From the IMG/VR virus record IMGVR_UViG_3300033752_000412, positions 1,502-65,501 of that record: a stretch of DNA of 64,000 nt. One strand, given 5' to 3'. This document shows, in pieces, positions 7,963-17,690 of this stretch (within the stretch, counting starts at the first letter, position 1; each line of letters starts with the position of its first letter). The notes under the pieces were generated by a model. That model had not been told where the DNA came from and did no database searches. It saw nothing but the letters and a program-made list of their open reading frames with translations. Source of the DNA: a virus (lineage: Duplodnaviria; Caudoviricetes). The position numbers and the translations under genes were made by a program.

Positions 7963-9004
7963 CAGAACCAAGATCGAGTGGGCGGATCGGACCTGGAATC
8001 CGCTGCTGGGCTGCGAGCGCGTTTCCCCGGGATGTGATGGGTGTTATGCCATCCGCACCGCGCGGGTTCGGGCCGGCAACCCGAACTCGAAGGTGTCCGC
8101 CGCGTTCGCAGGGATGACGGAGTACCGGGCGGGGCGACTGGACTGGACCGGTCGGCTCAATCTGCTACATGACCGGCTCCTCGAACCGCTGTCTTGGCCT
8201 AAGCCGCAGAAGGTCTTCGTCAACTCGCAGTCGGACCTGTTCCACAAGGACGTTCCCGACTGGTTCATCGCTGAGGCGTTCGCGGTCATGGCGCTCGCCC
8301 GACGGCACACGTTCCAGGTGCTCACCAAGCGGCACGCCCGCATGCGCTCACTGCTGGCGGGTGCCCGGAACAACGGGTTCTGGGACCTGATGGTCAAGGC
8401 GCTGTTCGCCCGGGGCATCTCCGGCGGCTTCGTATGGCCGCTTCCCAATCTGTGGTTGGGCGTCTCGGTCGAGGACCAGCGGTGGGCGGACATCCGCATC
8501 CCCGCACTACGGGCGACGCCGGCCGCGGTGCGTTGGGTGTCCTGCGAACCGCTGCTCGGACCAATCGACTTGGCCAGGCACATCCGGTACGAGGCCGAGC
8601 CGGGCGAGGGCGTGCTCGTTCGGCCGACGCTGTCCTGGGTGGTCACCGGCGGCGAAACCGGACCCGGTGCGCGGCCGGCGCATCCGGACTGGTTCCGGCA
8701 CCTGCGCGACCAGTGCCAGGCGGCGGGAATCGCCTTCTTCCACAAGCAGAACGGCGAGTGGGCGCCGATCGGGCCGCTGTACAGCCAGACCGGCCACGAT
8801 CAGGATGCGGAGGACGCCAGGCTGGAGGCCGCGATGGAGACCCGCAAGGTCATCCAGTTGGAGCGGTCCGGCCACGTCGTAGAAGGCCACCAGCCGGCCG
8901 ACCCGCGTACGTGGCTGATGGTGCGGGCGGGCAAGAAGGCCGCCGGCCGCGAGCTCGACGGCCGCATCTGGGACGAGTACCCGGAGGTTTCCGGTGTCGT
9001 TTGA
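7955..9004 (+). CDS. DUF5131 / phage Gp37Gp68-family radical-SAM-like protein
   Basis: TKIEWADRTWNP..GC.RVSPGCDGCYA, VFVNSQSDLFH, FQVLTKR, WLGVSVEDQ, SCEPLLGPI, WVV.GGE.G, FF.KQ.GEW. Confidence 0.92.
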   Translation: MANRTKIEWADRTWNPLLGCERVSPGCDGCYAIRTARVRAGNPNSKVSAAFAGMTEYRAGRLDWTGRLNLLHDRLLEPLSWPKPQKVFVNSQSDLFHKDVPDWFIAEAFAVMALARRHTFQVLTKRHARMRSLLAGARNNGFWDLMVKALFARGISGGFVWPLPNLWLGVSVEDQRWADIRIPALRATPAAVRWVSCEPLLGPIDLARHIRYEAEPGEGVLVRPTLSWVVTGGETGPGARPAHPDWFRHLRDQCQAAGIAFFHKQNGEWAPIGPLYSQTGHDQDAEDARLEAAMETRKVIQLERSGHVVEGHQPADPRTWLMVRAGKKAAGRELDGRIWDEYPEVSGVV

Positions 9005-9371
9005 TCTGCGGCGCCTGATCAGCGATGAGCTGTTCAGGCACCGGCTCCGCTTCGGCGCGGGCGCGTGGTCTTGCCGCTGCGGAATCACGTGCACGTCCAG
9101 GACCATGTACCAGTCCGCTTACGCGCACCTGGCCGAGGAGATCGCGGCGGCGATTCTGGCGTCGCAGCCGCACCACCTGATCGAGATCCGCCCGGACGGC
9201 TGGACCATCCAGCATTCGATGGACTGCCGGATCGCCGGCCAGCTGTTCGACTGCCCGTTCACCCGGGCCGCGCTGCGGCTGGACGGGCCACCTGCGGCAC
9301 CAGGCCGGTACGTCGTCCACCTGGACGAGGCGACCCGGGATCTGGTTCTTGCCGAGGCGGTGGCGGCGTGA
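8994..9371 (+). CDS. Hypothetical protein
   Basis: Coupled ORF with CxC and H/C motifs. Confidence 0.6.
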   Translation: MSFDLRRLISDELFRHRLRFGAGAWSCRCGITCTSRTMYQSAYAHLAEEIAAAILASQPHHLIEIRPDGWTIQHSMDCRIAGQLFDCPFTRAALRLDGPPAAPGRYVVHLDEATRDLVLAEAVAA

Positions 9372-9829
9372 GGAACTACAGGGCGCTGTCCATCAAGCAG
9401 CCTTGGCTGGCCGCGATCCTGTCCGGCTGGAAACCGGTGGAGAACCGGACCTGGGACACGTCGTACCGTGGCCCACTGCTGCTGCACGCCTCCGCCCGTA
9501 TCGACCCTGACGGCTTCGACGTCATCCGCCGGATGGACTACCGGCCGCCGGCGAAGCCACCGGTGGCCGCGATCCTCGGCGTGGCCGAACTAGTCGACGT
9601 GTGCGACGCCGTGTGGGGGGATCGGCCCGGCTTCTGCTCCTGCGGGCCGTGGGCCATGTTCGGCCAGTACCACTGGCGGCTGGCCACCGTACGCACCTTC
9701 ACCAACCCGGTGCCGGCCAAGGGGGCGCTCGGACTGTGGGCGCCTACGGGGGATGTGGCGGCTGCGGTGGGCCGGGAGTTGGCCAACATGACCGGCCGGC
9801 CCTGCGAGGGGGTGGCGCCGGATGCCTAA
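9368..9829 (+). CDS. ASCH-domain protein
   Basis: ALSIKQPW...ILSGWKPVENRTW...RGPLLLHAS. Confidence 0.88.
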   Translation: MRNYRALSIKQPWLAAILSGWKPVENRTWDTSYRGPLLLHASARIDPDGFDVIRRMDYRPPAKPPVAAILGVAELVDVCDAVWGDRPGFCSCGPWAMFGQYHWRLATVRTFTNPVPAKGALGLWAPTGDVAAAVGRELANMTGRPCEGVAPDA

Positions 9830-10184
9830 GCGGATCCAACTGCGCCGCACCAAGGGCTGGCGCCTTCCCCCCGGTGCCGTGGTAGTGGCCCGGCCGACCA
9901 AGTGGGGCAACCCGTTCCGTTGGCAGGACATCCCCGCCTACAAGTACCACGAGGACGGTGAGCCCTACCGGGTCTCGGACTGGTGGCGTCGCCGCTGGGC
10001 CGTCATTGACCTCAAGGCATCCCTTGACCCCGAGTACGGCATTCCCGTCGCCGGTTACCCGAGCCGTGATGAGATCCGTCGCGAATTGGCCGGCAAGGAC
10101 CTCGCCTGCTGGTGCAAGCTCGGCGATCCCTGCCACGCGGACGTACTCCTCGCCATCGCCAACAGCGGAGACAGCAATGCCTGA
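9822..10184 (+). CDS. DUF4326-domain protein
   Basis: RPTKWGNPF ... ELAGKDLACWC...PCHADVL. Confidence 0.88.
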   Translation: MPKRIQLRRTKGWRLPPGAVVVARPTKWGNPFRWQDIPAYKYHEDGEPYRVSDWWRRRWAVIDLKASLDPEYGIPVAGYPSRDEIRRELAGKDLACWCKLGDPCHADVLLAIANSGDSNA

Positions 10185-10596
10185 TCTAAAGCGCAACCCG
10201 CACCAGCCCTACATCGACGCTGTTCTCGCCGCGATGCCGGCGGATGTGGCGCCGGCCCAGTGCTGGGTGGACGACACCGAGACCGGCGACGACGGCGAGA
10301 CGATGGTCCTCACCGCGGTACTCACCTGGACCGGCGAGGCCAACCCGCGGCTGTGGCCCAACGGACTACTCCTGTTTTGGAGCCACGAACACGGCTGGCA
10401 GTACGCCGGTTTACGGCCGGACGGGTCGAACGACTGGCCCACCGAGTCGGGTCTGCCGTTGTGGGCCGCACCGGCTGACGTTGCCGCACTCGCCGCCGCG
10501 CTGCTGGACGAGGACCGGCCAATCCCGGCCGCCACAAATCAGGAGTGGTGCGACGCCGCGGTGAGGGATTCCGTTCGGGAGTGGATCGATGCGTGA
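10177..10596 (+). CDS. Hypothetical protein (DUF6292-like)
   Basis: LLLFWSHEHGWQYA motif resembles the actinobacterial DUF6292 W-x-E-x-x-G-W core. Confidence 0.55.
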   Translation: MPDLKRNPHQPYIDAVLAAMPADVAPAQCWVDDTETGDDGETMVLTAVLTWTGEANPRLWPNGLLLFWSHEHGWQYAGLRPDGSNDWPTESGLPLWAAPADVAALAAALLDEDRPIPAATNQEWCDAAVRDSVREWIDA

Positions 10597-10644
10597 CCGC
10601 GTACCCGCACCGCGGCCGACCACCCGAGGAGGAGTTCCCGACAA

Positions 10645-10857
10645 ATGACTCAGCGGGTCCGATGCGGGCGATGCAACCGGCTGATGAAGGTGACCTCGTC
10701 GATCCGAGGGTACGGCCCCAGGTGCGCAGAGAGGCTGGGCCTGACCGTTGTCCGGATCCGCCCGGCCGTCTCCCCACGGCCCGAGCATCAGCCCGCCGAA
10801 CCCATCGCGGACCAACTGTCCCTGCTCGACATCAACGTCCTGAAAGGTGCTGCATGA
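10645..10857 (+). CDS. DUF6011-like small Zn-finger protein
   Basis: CGRCNR.....S.RGYGPRC. Confidence 0.7.
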   Translation: MTQRVRCGRCNRLMKVTSSIRGYGPRCAERLGLTVVRIRPAVSPRPEHQPAEPIADQLSLLDINVLKGAA

Positions 10858-11975
10858 AGTTCACAGTAGACAAGGCGCCGCTCGCCGACGCGGTGGCGTG
10901 GACGGCGAAGAGCCTGCCCAGCCGGCCCTCGGTGCCGGTGCTGGCCGGGGTGATGCTGCGCGTGGAATCCGGGCTGCTGGAGGTCTCCGGCTTCGACTAC
11001 GAGGTCTCCAGCCAGATCAGCGTGGAGGTGCAGCCCGACGCGGACGGCGCCGCGCTGGTCTCCGGCCGGCTGCTCGCCGAGATCACCAAGGCCCTGCCGG
11101 CCAAGCCGGTGGACATCGCCGCGGTCGGCGCGCACCTGGAACTGGTCTGCGGCAGCGCACGCTTCACGCTGCCCACCATGCCGGTGGAGGACTACCCGAC
11201 CCTGCCGGACATGCCGGCCACCGCCGGCACGGTCGAAGCGGCCACGTTCGCCACCGCGGTGACCCAGGTCGCGGTGGCCGCCGGCCGAGACGAGACCCTG
11301 CCGATGATGACCGGAGTACGGGTCGAGATGAACGGCTCGACCCTGGCCCTGCTCGCCACCGACCGGTACCGGCTGGCCATGCGCGAGATGCCATGGAATC
11401 CGCAGGACCCGGACGTCAGCCTCAACGCCCTCGTGCCGGCGCGTACGCTCGCCGAGACCGCCAAGGCGCTCGGCCCGCTGGGTGGCGAAGTGACCTTGGC
11501 GCTGGCCGCCGGCGGCGCGGGAGAGGGCATGATCGGCCTCGCCGGCGGCAACCGGCGGACCACGAGCCGGCTGCTCGCCGGCGACAACTACCCGCCCGTG
11601 CGGACGTTGTTCCCCACCACACACGAGTCGATCGCGTTCGTCGACGTGGCGGCACTCGTCGACGCGGTGCGGCGGGTGTCGCTGGTCGCCGAGCGGGCCA
11701 CCCCGGTCCGGTTGAGCTTCATCGAGGTCGGGCTGGTGGTTGAGGCCGGTGGCGAAACGGACGCTGCGGCCCGCGAGGTGATGGAAGCCAACTACAAGGG
11801 TGAGCCGCTGACCATCGCCTTCAACCCCCAGTACCTGGTCGACGGGCTGTCCGCGCTGGGCGCGCCGACCGCGGTCATGAAGTTCCAGGGCCCGCTCAAA
11901 CCGGCCCTGATCAGTGCCGAGGGCGACCAGGACGGCTACCGCCACCTGATCATGCCGATCAAGTTCGTCAAATGA
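10854..11975 (+). CDS. dnaN: DNA polymerase III beta sliding clamp
   Basis: MKF..K..LADAV....[56 protein letters not shown]. Confidence 0.97.
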   Translation: MKFTVDKAPLADAVAWTAKSLPSRPSVPVLAGVMLRVESGLLEVSGFDYEVSSQISVEVQPDADGAALVSGRLLAEITKALPAKPVDIAAVGAHLELVCGSARFTLPTMPVEDYPTLPDMPATAGTVEAATFATAVTQVAVAAGRDETLPMMTGVRVEMNGSTLALLATDRYRLAMREMPWNPQDPDVSLNALVPARTLAETAKALGPLGGEVTLALAAGGAGEGMIGLAGGNRRTTSRLLAGDNYPPVRTLFPTTHESIAFVDVAALVDAVRRVSLVAERATPVRLSFIEVGLVVEAGGETDAAAREVMEANYKGEPLTIAFNPQYLVDGLSALGAPTAVMKFQGPLKPALISAEGDQDGYRHLIMPIKFVK

Positions 11976-11988
11976 AAGGACGCTGGTG

Positions 11989-12471
11989 ATGGCAGGAGAC
12001 GTGACCGTCACGGTCGTCGGCAATCTGACCGACGACCCCGAGTTGCGGTACACCCCGTCCGGTATGGCGGTAGCCAAGTTCCGTGTCGCCTCGACGCCGC
12101 GGTACATGGACCTCCAGTCAGGCGAGTGGAAGGACCGCGACCCGCTGTTCCTGAACTGCACGCTGTGGCGGCAGCCGGCGGAGAACCTCGCCGAGTCGCT
12201 GATCCGCGGCAATCGGGTCATTGTCGTCGGCAAGCTGCGGCAACGGTCGTACCAGACCCGCGAGGGTGAGAAGCGGACGGTCATCGAGCTGGACGTGGAC
12301 GAGGTCGGCCCGTCGCTGCGGTACGCCGCGGCGACAGTGCAGAAGATGCAGCGCACCGGCTTCGCCGACCGGTCCGCACCGGCCGGTCACGATGACCCGT
12401 GGGCGTCCGCGACACCGGCCAGCACTGCACAGTCCTCCGGCGGCTTCGGCGACGATCAACCTCCATTCTGA
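11989..12471 (+). CDS. ssb: Single-stranded DNA-binding protein
   Basis: [33 protein letters not shown], acidic C-terminal DDQPPF. Confidence 0.97.
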   Translation: MAGDVTVTVVGNLTDDPELRYTPSGMAVAKFRVASTPRYMDLQSGEWKDRDPLFLNCTLWRQPAENLAESLIRGNRVIVVGKLRQRSYQTREGEKRTVIELDVDEVGPSLRYAAATVQKMQRTGFADRSAPAGHDDPWASATPASTAQSSGGFGDDQPPF

Positions 12472-12473
12472 TC

Positions 12474-13028
12474 ATGGACTGGGTGACGCTTCCAGCTTCG
12501 CGCAGCGGTGCCATAGTGCCGGTGCTCGTGGACGAGGCCGACGCCCGGCGGATTGGGACGCGGCGGCTATCGATTGGGTCGCATGGGTACGCGCAGCTTT
12601 GCACGCCTGAGGGACGTGTGACCTTGCTCCACCGCTGGATTCTCGGGCTGCGGCGAGGAGACGGACTTATCGGCGACCACCAAAACGGTGACCGGCTCGA
12701 TAACCGTCGCTGCAACCTTCGGATCGTTCATGCGAGTGGTTCCAGTCAGAACGTCGCTGGCCGTGGGCAATCGAGGTACAGAGGCGTCCACCCGACGCGA
12801 TCCGGACGTTGGATGGCACGAGTCAAGTTCAAAGGCAAGAACTACTTCCTCGGGACTTTCGACGACGAGTTAGAGGCGGCGGCAGTTGCCGATGCCAAAC
12901 GGCGGGAGTTGATGCCGTTCTACGTACCAGTCAACGAGCGTCATTCGCCCAATTTGGAGTCCTGGGACACCTTGAACTCCAACGAAGGCCGGCAGAGTGC
13001 GCCACTGGGGCTAGACGCACGTTACTAA
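12474..13028 (+). CDS. HNH-AP2 homing endonuclease
   Basis: LLHRWIL..DHQNGDRLDNRRCNLR (HNH), then SRYRGV..RWMARV...YFLGTFDDELEAA (AP2). Confidence 0.9.
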   Translation: MDWVTLPASRSGAIVPVLVDEADARRIGTRRLSIGSHGYAQLCTPEGRVTLLHRWILGLRRGDGLIGDHQNGDRLDNRRCNLRIVHASGSSQNVAGRGQSRYRGVHPTRSGRWMARVKFKGKNYFLGTFDDELEAAAVADAKRRELMPFYVPVNERHSPNLESWDTLNSNEGRQSAPLGLDARY

Positions 13029-13051
13029 CCACCCCAACCGAAGGAGACCCG

Positions 13052-13672
13052 TTGAAGACCCTCGTGTTCCTGGACACGGAGACCACGTCGAAGGGCCCGG
13101 ACCGCCGGCCCTGGGAAATAGGGCTGATCGTCCGCCGGCCCGGCAAGGCGGACGAGGAGCACCACTGGTTTATCGCCGACTACCACCTGGACTTGGGCAA
13201 CGGCGACCCGGAGTCGCTGGCGATCGGCCGCTTCTACCAGCGTCACCCGGGCTACGCGCCGCCGGAGGCGTTGGCCAACCCGGCCGATCTGTCGTGGCTG
13301 CCCAAGGACAGGTTCGCGCCACCTGTGGTGGAGGCCCGCGACGAATGGAAGGTTCTCCGCGCGGTGGAGCAGCTGACCCGCGACGCCCAGGTGTGGTGCT
13401 CCAACCCGGCCTTCGACATCCCCATGTTGGACGCCCGGATGCGGTACCACGACATCTGCCCCGCCTGGTACTACCACCACGAGGACATCAAGTCGCTGGC
13501 CCGGGGCTGGCTGCACGGCCGCAACATGCCGCTGCCCGAGAACGACTCCACCGTCGAACTGGCCAAGGCGTGCGGCATCGACCCGGGCGCCTACCCGGCC
13601 CACACGGCGCTCGGGGACTGCCGGCTCATGCGCGACCTGTACGACATCGTCACCGGCCACACAGTGGCCTAG
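13052..13672 (+). CDS. DEDD 3'-5' exonuclease (DnaQ-like)
   Basis: TTG start after GAAGGAG. VFLDTETT (ExoI), NPAFD (ExoII), HTALGD (ExoIII). Confidence 0.88.
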   Translation: MKTLVFLDTETTSKGPDRRPWEIGLIVRRPGKADEEHHWFIADYHLDLGNGDPESLAIGRFYQRHPGYAPPEALANPADLSWLPKDRFAPPVVEARDEWKVLRAVEQLTRDAQVWCSNPAFDIPMLDARMRYHDICPAWYYHHEDIKSLARGWLHGRNMPLPENDSTVELAKACGIDPGAYPAHTALGDCRLMRDLYDIVTGHTVA

Positions 13673-13690
13673 CTCGGAAGGGACCTCGCG

Positions 13691-13975
13691 ATGGTGATTT
13701 TGCTCGGCGGCCTCGTCCTGGCCGCCATCCTCATCGGCACCTTCTACGCAGGACTGGTCGTCGGTGCGATAGCGCAGGCCAGACGCGGCTTGCGAGAGCT
13801 GGGCTTCACCAAGGAGTCGGCGAAGCTCTACCACCGCGCCGCGAAGATCCTCAACCGGCTGGTCAACGTGACCGAACTGGACGGCGACTTCGCCGCAGAC
13901 ATCCTCTCCGAGGAAACCAAAAAGATCATCAACGGATGGGTTGCCGACTACAAGAAGGAGATCGAGAAAGTATGA
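13691..13975 (+). CDS. Small membrane-anchored protein
   Basis: N-terminal TM segment, coupled to the SPFH gene. Confidence 0.65.
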   Translation: MVILLGGLVLAAILIGTFYAGLVVGAIAQARRGLRELGFTKESAKLYHRAAKILNRLVNVTELDGDFAADILSEETKKIINGWVADYKKEIEKV

Positions 13976-14976
13976 GAAGGGGCCCCCGCATCATCGGCGT
14001 GGCAGCCGCGTCCGCGGCGCTCGTCGCTTCCGTCGCGGCCTGTGCGACGCAGGCCGAACCTGACGAGATCGGCCTGTACTACACCAAAGGACGAATCGAG
14101 GGAACCCACTTCCAGGAGTGCATCGAGCCCTCCACCAAGGGGCCGGGCACCATCAACGACAAGGTTTACTGGCTGCCAACGTCGCTGCGGACCTGGAACA
14201 TTCAGCCCTCCGGAGGTGACACCGACCAGCCGATCGTTGCCGGCACCAAGCCCGACGACAAAGGGCAGGCAGGCCCGCAGGTGGTGGTCTACGCGACGGT
14301 CGAGTTCTACCTCAACACCGACTGCGGCGATGGCAAGGACAAGAACAGCCCCGTCGTGCAGTTCTGGGAGAAGACAGGCCGCCGGTACAACGCCACCACC
14401 AAGAACCCCGAGGGCTGGAAGACCATGCTCCTGAACACCCTCGTCCCGGTTCTGCAGCGAACCGTCCAGGGCGTCACCCGCGACATGACAGCGGACGAGC
14501 TCGACGCGGACATCAACGGCGCCTGGGCCAAGGCCGAGGCGCTCATGCGCGACGAGTTCACCGCCCAGCTGCGGGCCAAGGTCGGCGGTGACTACTTCTG
14601 CGGCCCCGAGTACCGGCGCGGCCAGGAGGTCACCTGGGAGCAGCGCAACCCCGACGGCTCCGTCGTGGAGAAGCACGGCGTCTGCCCGCCGGTCAAGGTG
14701 ACCATCACCGACATCAACTACGCCGACAAGGGCTTGCAGGACGCCCGGGCTGCTGTGCGGAAGGCCGCCGAGGACGCGAAGAGGAAGCTCATCGAGGCGC
14801 AGTCGCAGGTTGACCAGTCCCGGCTGTTGTCGCAGGCGGCGAAGGACCCCGCCTACATGCGGCTGAAGGAGATCGAAGCGCAGCTTCAGGCGGCGCAGGC
14901 GTGTGCGGCGAACCCGAACTGCACGCTGATCATCGGCGACGGCTCCGGTGTGAACGTCAACGCCGGCAAGAAGTAG
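13972..14976 (+). CDS. SPFH/band-7-like lipoprotein
   Basis: Signal peptide with lipobox VAAC, band-7-like core (VEFYLN..FWEK.GRRY) and a C-terminal coiled coil. Confidence 0.7.
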   Translation: MRRGPRIIGVAAASAALVASVAACATQAEPDEIGLYYTKGRIEGTHFQECIEPSTKGPGTINDKVYWLPTSLRTWNIQPSGGDTDQPIVAGTKPDDKGQAGPQVVVYATVEFYLNTDCGDGKDKNSPVVQFWEKTGRRYNATTKNPEGWKTMLLNTLVPVLQRTVQGVTRDMTADELDADINGAWAKAEALMRDEFTAQLRAKVGGDYFCGPEYRRGQEVTWEQRNPDGSVVEKHGVCPPVKVTITDINYADKGLQDARAAVRKAAEDAKRKLIEAQSQVDQSRLLSQAAKDPAYMRLKEIEAQLQAAQACAANPNCTLIIGDGSGVNVNAGKK

Positions 14977-14984
14977 GAGCAGAG

Positions 14985-15018
14985 CCCGGTACGGCTCGAC
15001 TACCGGAGCCGTACCGGG
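14985..15018 (+). terminator. Intergenic 13-bp hairpin
   Basis: CCCGGTACGGCTC / GAGCCGTACCGGG, perfect inverted repeat with an 8-nt loop, just after the SPFH stop. No U-tract. Confidence 0.55.
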
Positions 15019-15027
15019 ACCAACACC

Positions 15028-15369
15028 ATGAAGGAGCGCTGGGTGGCTTACCTACTCGCCCCTATCTGTGACGGCCGGGCGGACTGGTCCCATGCGGCCA
15101 CCGTGACCCTGTTGCAGCAGCTGGACCCTGTGGCGATCGGCCTGGTCGCCAAGGAGGCCAGACAGCGCGCGGAGTTGGCCGAGAAGGAAAAGCAGATCGC
15201 GATCCTGCGTCGGCAGAAGCAGGTCGCCGAGCAGGGCCTTGACACCGCCGCCCAGGCGTTGAGGCGGCTACAGGAGCTGTTCCTGCAGAACCGGCTGAAG
15301 GCGCACATGTTCGACGACGCCATCAAGGCGGTGTACGGCGACAAGGCCCGGGCGAGGCTCACCACGTGA
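15028..15369 (+). CDS. Hypothetical coiled-coil protein
   Basis: Open frame with helical E/K/Q-rich composition. Confidence 0.6.
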   Translation: MKERWVAYLLAPICDGRADWSHAATVTLLQQLDPVAIGLVAKEARQRAELAEKEKQIAILRRQKQVAEQGLDTAAQALRRLQELFLQNRLKAHMFDDAIKAVYGDKARARLTT

Positions 15370-15694
15370 ACAGGCGAACCCACCGCGGTCGCGCGTGGTG
15401 CAGCCGGTGCGGCCCGCTGGAGGAGCTGTGGGCGTACTCCGAGCCGGCGCTGACGGCTCGCATGTCGGCCGTCAACCGCGAGCACGTCGACAAGGTCCAT
15501 CGACAGGATGCGGGCCAGGACGCGGCCGCGGGTCAGGGGCGGGGCGCGGATGGGACAGCCGTGTCTCGCGCGCCCACGCACCCGCAACGCGCCGATCCGC
15601 GCTTGAGGGCGCGAAGCGGCGCCGAGCAAATGGCCGCCTGAGCGCGGCGACTTTTTGACCAGCACGACCACATAGAGAAGGGGAGGCCCCGAAG

Positions 15695-15808
15695 ATGGCT
15701 GAGAAGGTCAGCACCGCCCTGGCGGCACTTCCCACCAGACCTGATGTGCTTCACGCCCTGTGCGGCCCATGCCAGGTCCCTCGTGAGCCGCGCCGGGTAG
15801 GGGTCTGA
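15695..15808 (+). CDS. 37-aa ORF translationally coupled to rep
   Basis: GGGGAGG RBS, MAEKVSTAL..., TGATG overlap with rep. Confidence 0.4.
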   Translation: MAEKVSTALAALPTRPDVLHALCGPCQVPREPRRVGV

Positions 15809-17001
15809 TGGCCTGGGTTCGCTACGACGACCAGTTCCCGATCAACGGGAAGGTCACTGCTGTCATCGCCGAAGACCCAGGTGCGCTAGCGCTGCACCTG
15901 TTGGCCAACACCTGGTCCAACACGACCAGGCACCCGGGCTATATCCCCGCCCACCAGCCGGGAATCCTGCTGGCGGACAAGCAGCTCGGTGCGAAGTGGG
16001 CGGACCTGCTGGTGCGCGCCGGCATGTTCCACAAGCGCGGCGAGGAGTGCGACGACTGCCGGGAGGAGTACGCCGAGCTGCCCGCCGACAAGTCGACCGG
16101 CTACGTGATCCACAACGCTGCTGACTACCGGGCACCGCAGCGGGACCGGACGACAGCGGGCACCTCGGCGGAGCTGTCGGCGAAGCGGCGCGAGGCCGGG
16201 CGGCGCGGTGGGCTGGCGTCTGCCGCGCGCCGCAAAGCGGAGGCTTCTAAGCAAAACCAAGCAAATCGAGCATGTGAAGCAAACGGGCAAGCAAACCAAG
16301 CAAACTCCGAGCACGGTGCACCGCGTCAGGAGCCGGCCGTGGAGGCCGCTGGGCCGGCTCGATTGGCCAGCGTGGACGCTGGGAAGCCGCCAACGCCGCC
16401 ACCTGCGGAAACAGGATTTGCTGTGCGAGCAAACCAAGCAAACGGGCAAGCAAGTGCTTCAAGCAAAGCCAGCAATTTGCCACTTGCTGGCGTGAGCCCC
16501 GTTCCCGTACCCGTTAATAACGTTGCTTCTAACGAAGCAACGGCTCGGCCCGAACGGACCGAGCCGGCGGAGCAAGGGGCGCTTGACGGGATGCCCGCCG
16601 ACCCGCCACCGAAGCAGCCGACAGTCCACGATCGAGCCTTCGGCTTGGCACGCTCCTGGCTGAAGACCAGGGACGACCGCGGCGTCCCCGTCGCCGCCGC
16701 CGGCCGCAACGGTCCGCTGCACGTGCTGAAAACCCTCTTCGAACCGTTCCTGAACGCCGGCTACGGCGAGGACGAGATCAACGACGCCCTCGCCGACCTG
16801 GACGAGGGAATCCCCTCCAGGCAGCAGCTTCAACGGGCGCTGGCCGCCCGTCGGACCGGAGCCCGCTTCAACCGGCAGGGCCGGCTGTCCGGCGGACTCG
16901 GCCAGCCGGCGGCGAACAGCACGCGATGGACCGGCCCGCACACCGTCGAGGAAGCCGCCGGCTATTACCGCCGGCCCCAGAACCACGGAGGTTCCCGATG
17001 A
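15808..17001 (+). CDS. Phage replication initiator (O-like Rep)
   Basis: MAWVRYDDQF..NGKV N-terminus typical of actinophage initiators. Internal iteron-like repeats. Lies directly upstream of loader and helicase. Confidence 0.78.
   Translation: MAWVRYDDQFPINGKVTAVIAEDPGALALHLLANTWSNTTRHPGYIPAHQPGILLADKQLGAKWADLLVRAGMFHKRGEECDDCREEYAELPADKSTGYVIHNAADYRAPQRDRTTAGTSAELSAKRREAGRRGGLASAARRKAEASKQNQANRACEANGQANQANSEHGAPRQEPAVEAAGPARLASVDAGKPPTPPPAETGFAVRANQANGQASASSKASNLPLAGVSPVPVPVNNVASNEATARPERTEPAEQGALDGMPADPPPKQPTVHDRAFGLARSWLKTRDDRGVPVAAAGRNGPLHVLKTLFEPFLNAGYGEDEINDALADLDEGIPSRQQLQRALAARRTGARFNRQGRLSGGLGQPAANSTRWTGPHTVEEAAGYYRRPQNHGGSR
16249..16470 (+). repeat. AAGCAAA(C) iteron-like repeats inside rep (probable origin)
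   Basis: AAGCAAA at 16249, 16259, 16277, 16289, 16298, 16436, 16461. AAGCAAACGGGCAAGCAA occurs at 16277 and 16436. Locally A-rich. Confidence 0.7.
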
Positions 17002-17690
17002 GACGCACCGCCCAGGCGCTACGTGCCCTGGCCGCGCGTCGAGGCATCGACCTGGACGCACTCGCCAACGGGGAGCCGGTGCTGAACCCGCAGGGCTGGG
17101 TACATCCCGACCCGGTGGGTTGGCGCCTGCGGCAGGCGGAGGCGCTGCTGGCCTACGAGCTGGGCAGCACGTTCGCCGACGCGCGGGCCGACCATCCGAC
17201 GGTCGCCGACTGGGTACGCCAGCACCGGGGCGACCCGACCCGGCTGCCGTGGCTGACCCTGATGGGCGCCACTGGCGTCGGGAAGACCTGGCAGGCGTGC
17301 GGGGTGGTTCGGGAGGTGGCGCTCACCGAGGCCCGCGCCAACCGGCGGTGCCGGTGGCGGATGGTCACCCACGCAGACCTGTCGGACCAGCTGCGGCCCA
17401 AGCCCGACCAGTCGCACGCCTACGTGCTGGACCGGTACGAGCAGGCCGACCTGCTGGTGCTCGACGACCTGGGTTCGGGGTCGCTGACGGACTTCGGCGT
17501 CGAAGGCACGCACCGGCTGCTCGACTACCGGTACCGGCGGCGGCTGCCGACCGTCATCACAACCAACCTGTCGTTCGAAGACCTGGTCAAGGCATTCGGG
17601 GCGCGGGTTCCGTCGCGGCTGACCGAGGGGACCGTGGTGGTCCTGGTGTGTCCGGACCGCCGGCTGGACATGGGGGAATGGCTGCAGTGA
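16998..17690 (+). CDS. DnaC/IstB-like helicase loader ATPase
   Basis: Walker A GATGVGKT, Walker B LLVLDDLG, TVITTNL, R..SRL. Confidence 0.92.
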   Translation: MRRTAQALRALAARRGIDLDALANGEPVLNPQGWVHPDPVGWRLRQAEALLAYELGSTFADARADHPTVADWVRQHRGDPTRLPWLTLMGATGVGKTWQACGVVREVALTEARANRRCRWRMVTHADLSDQLRPKPDQSHAYVLDRYEQADLLVLDDLGSGSLTDFGVEGTHRLLDYRYRRRLPTVITTNLSFEDLVKAFGARVPSRLTEGTVVVLVCPDRRLDMGEWLQ

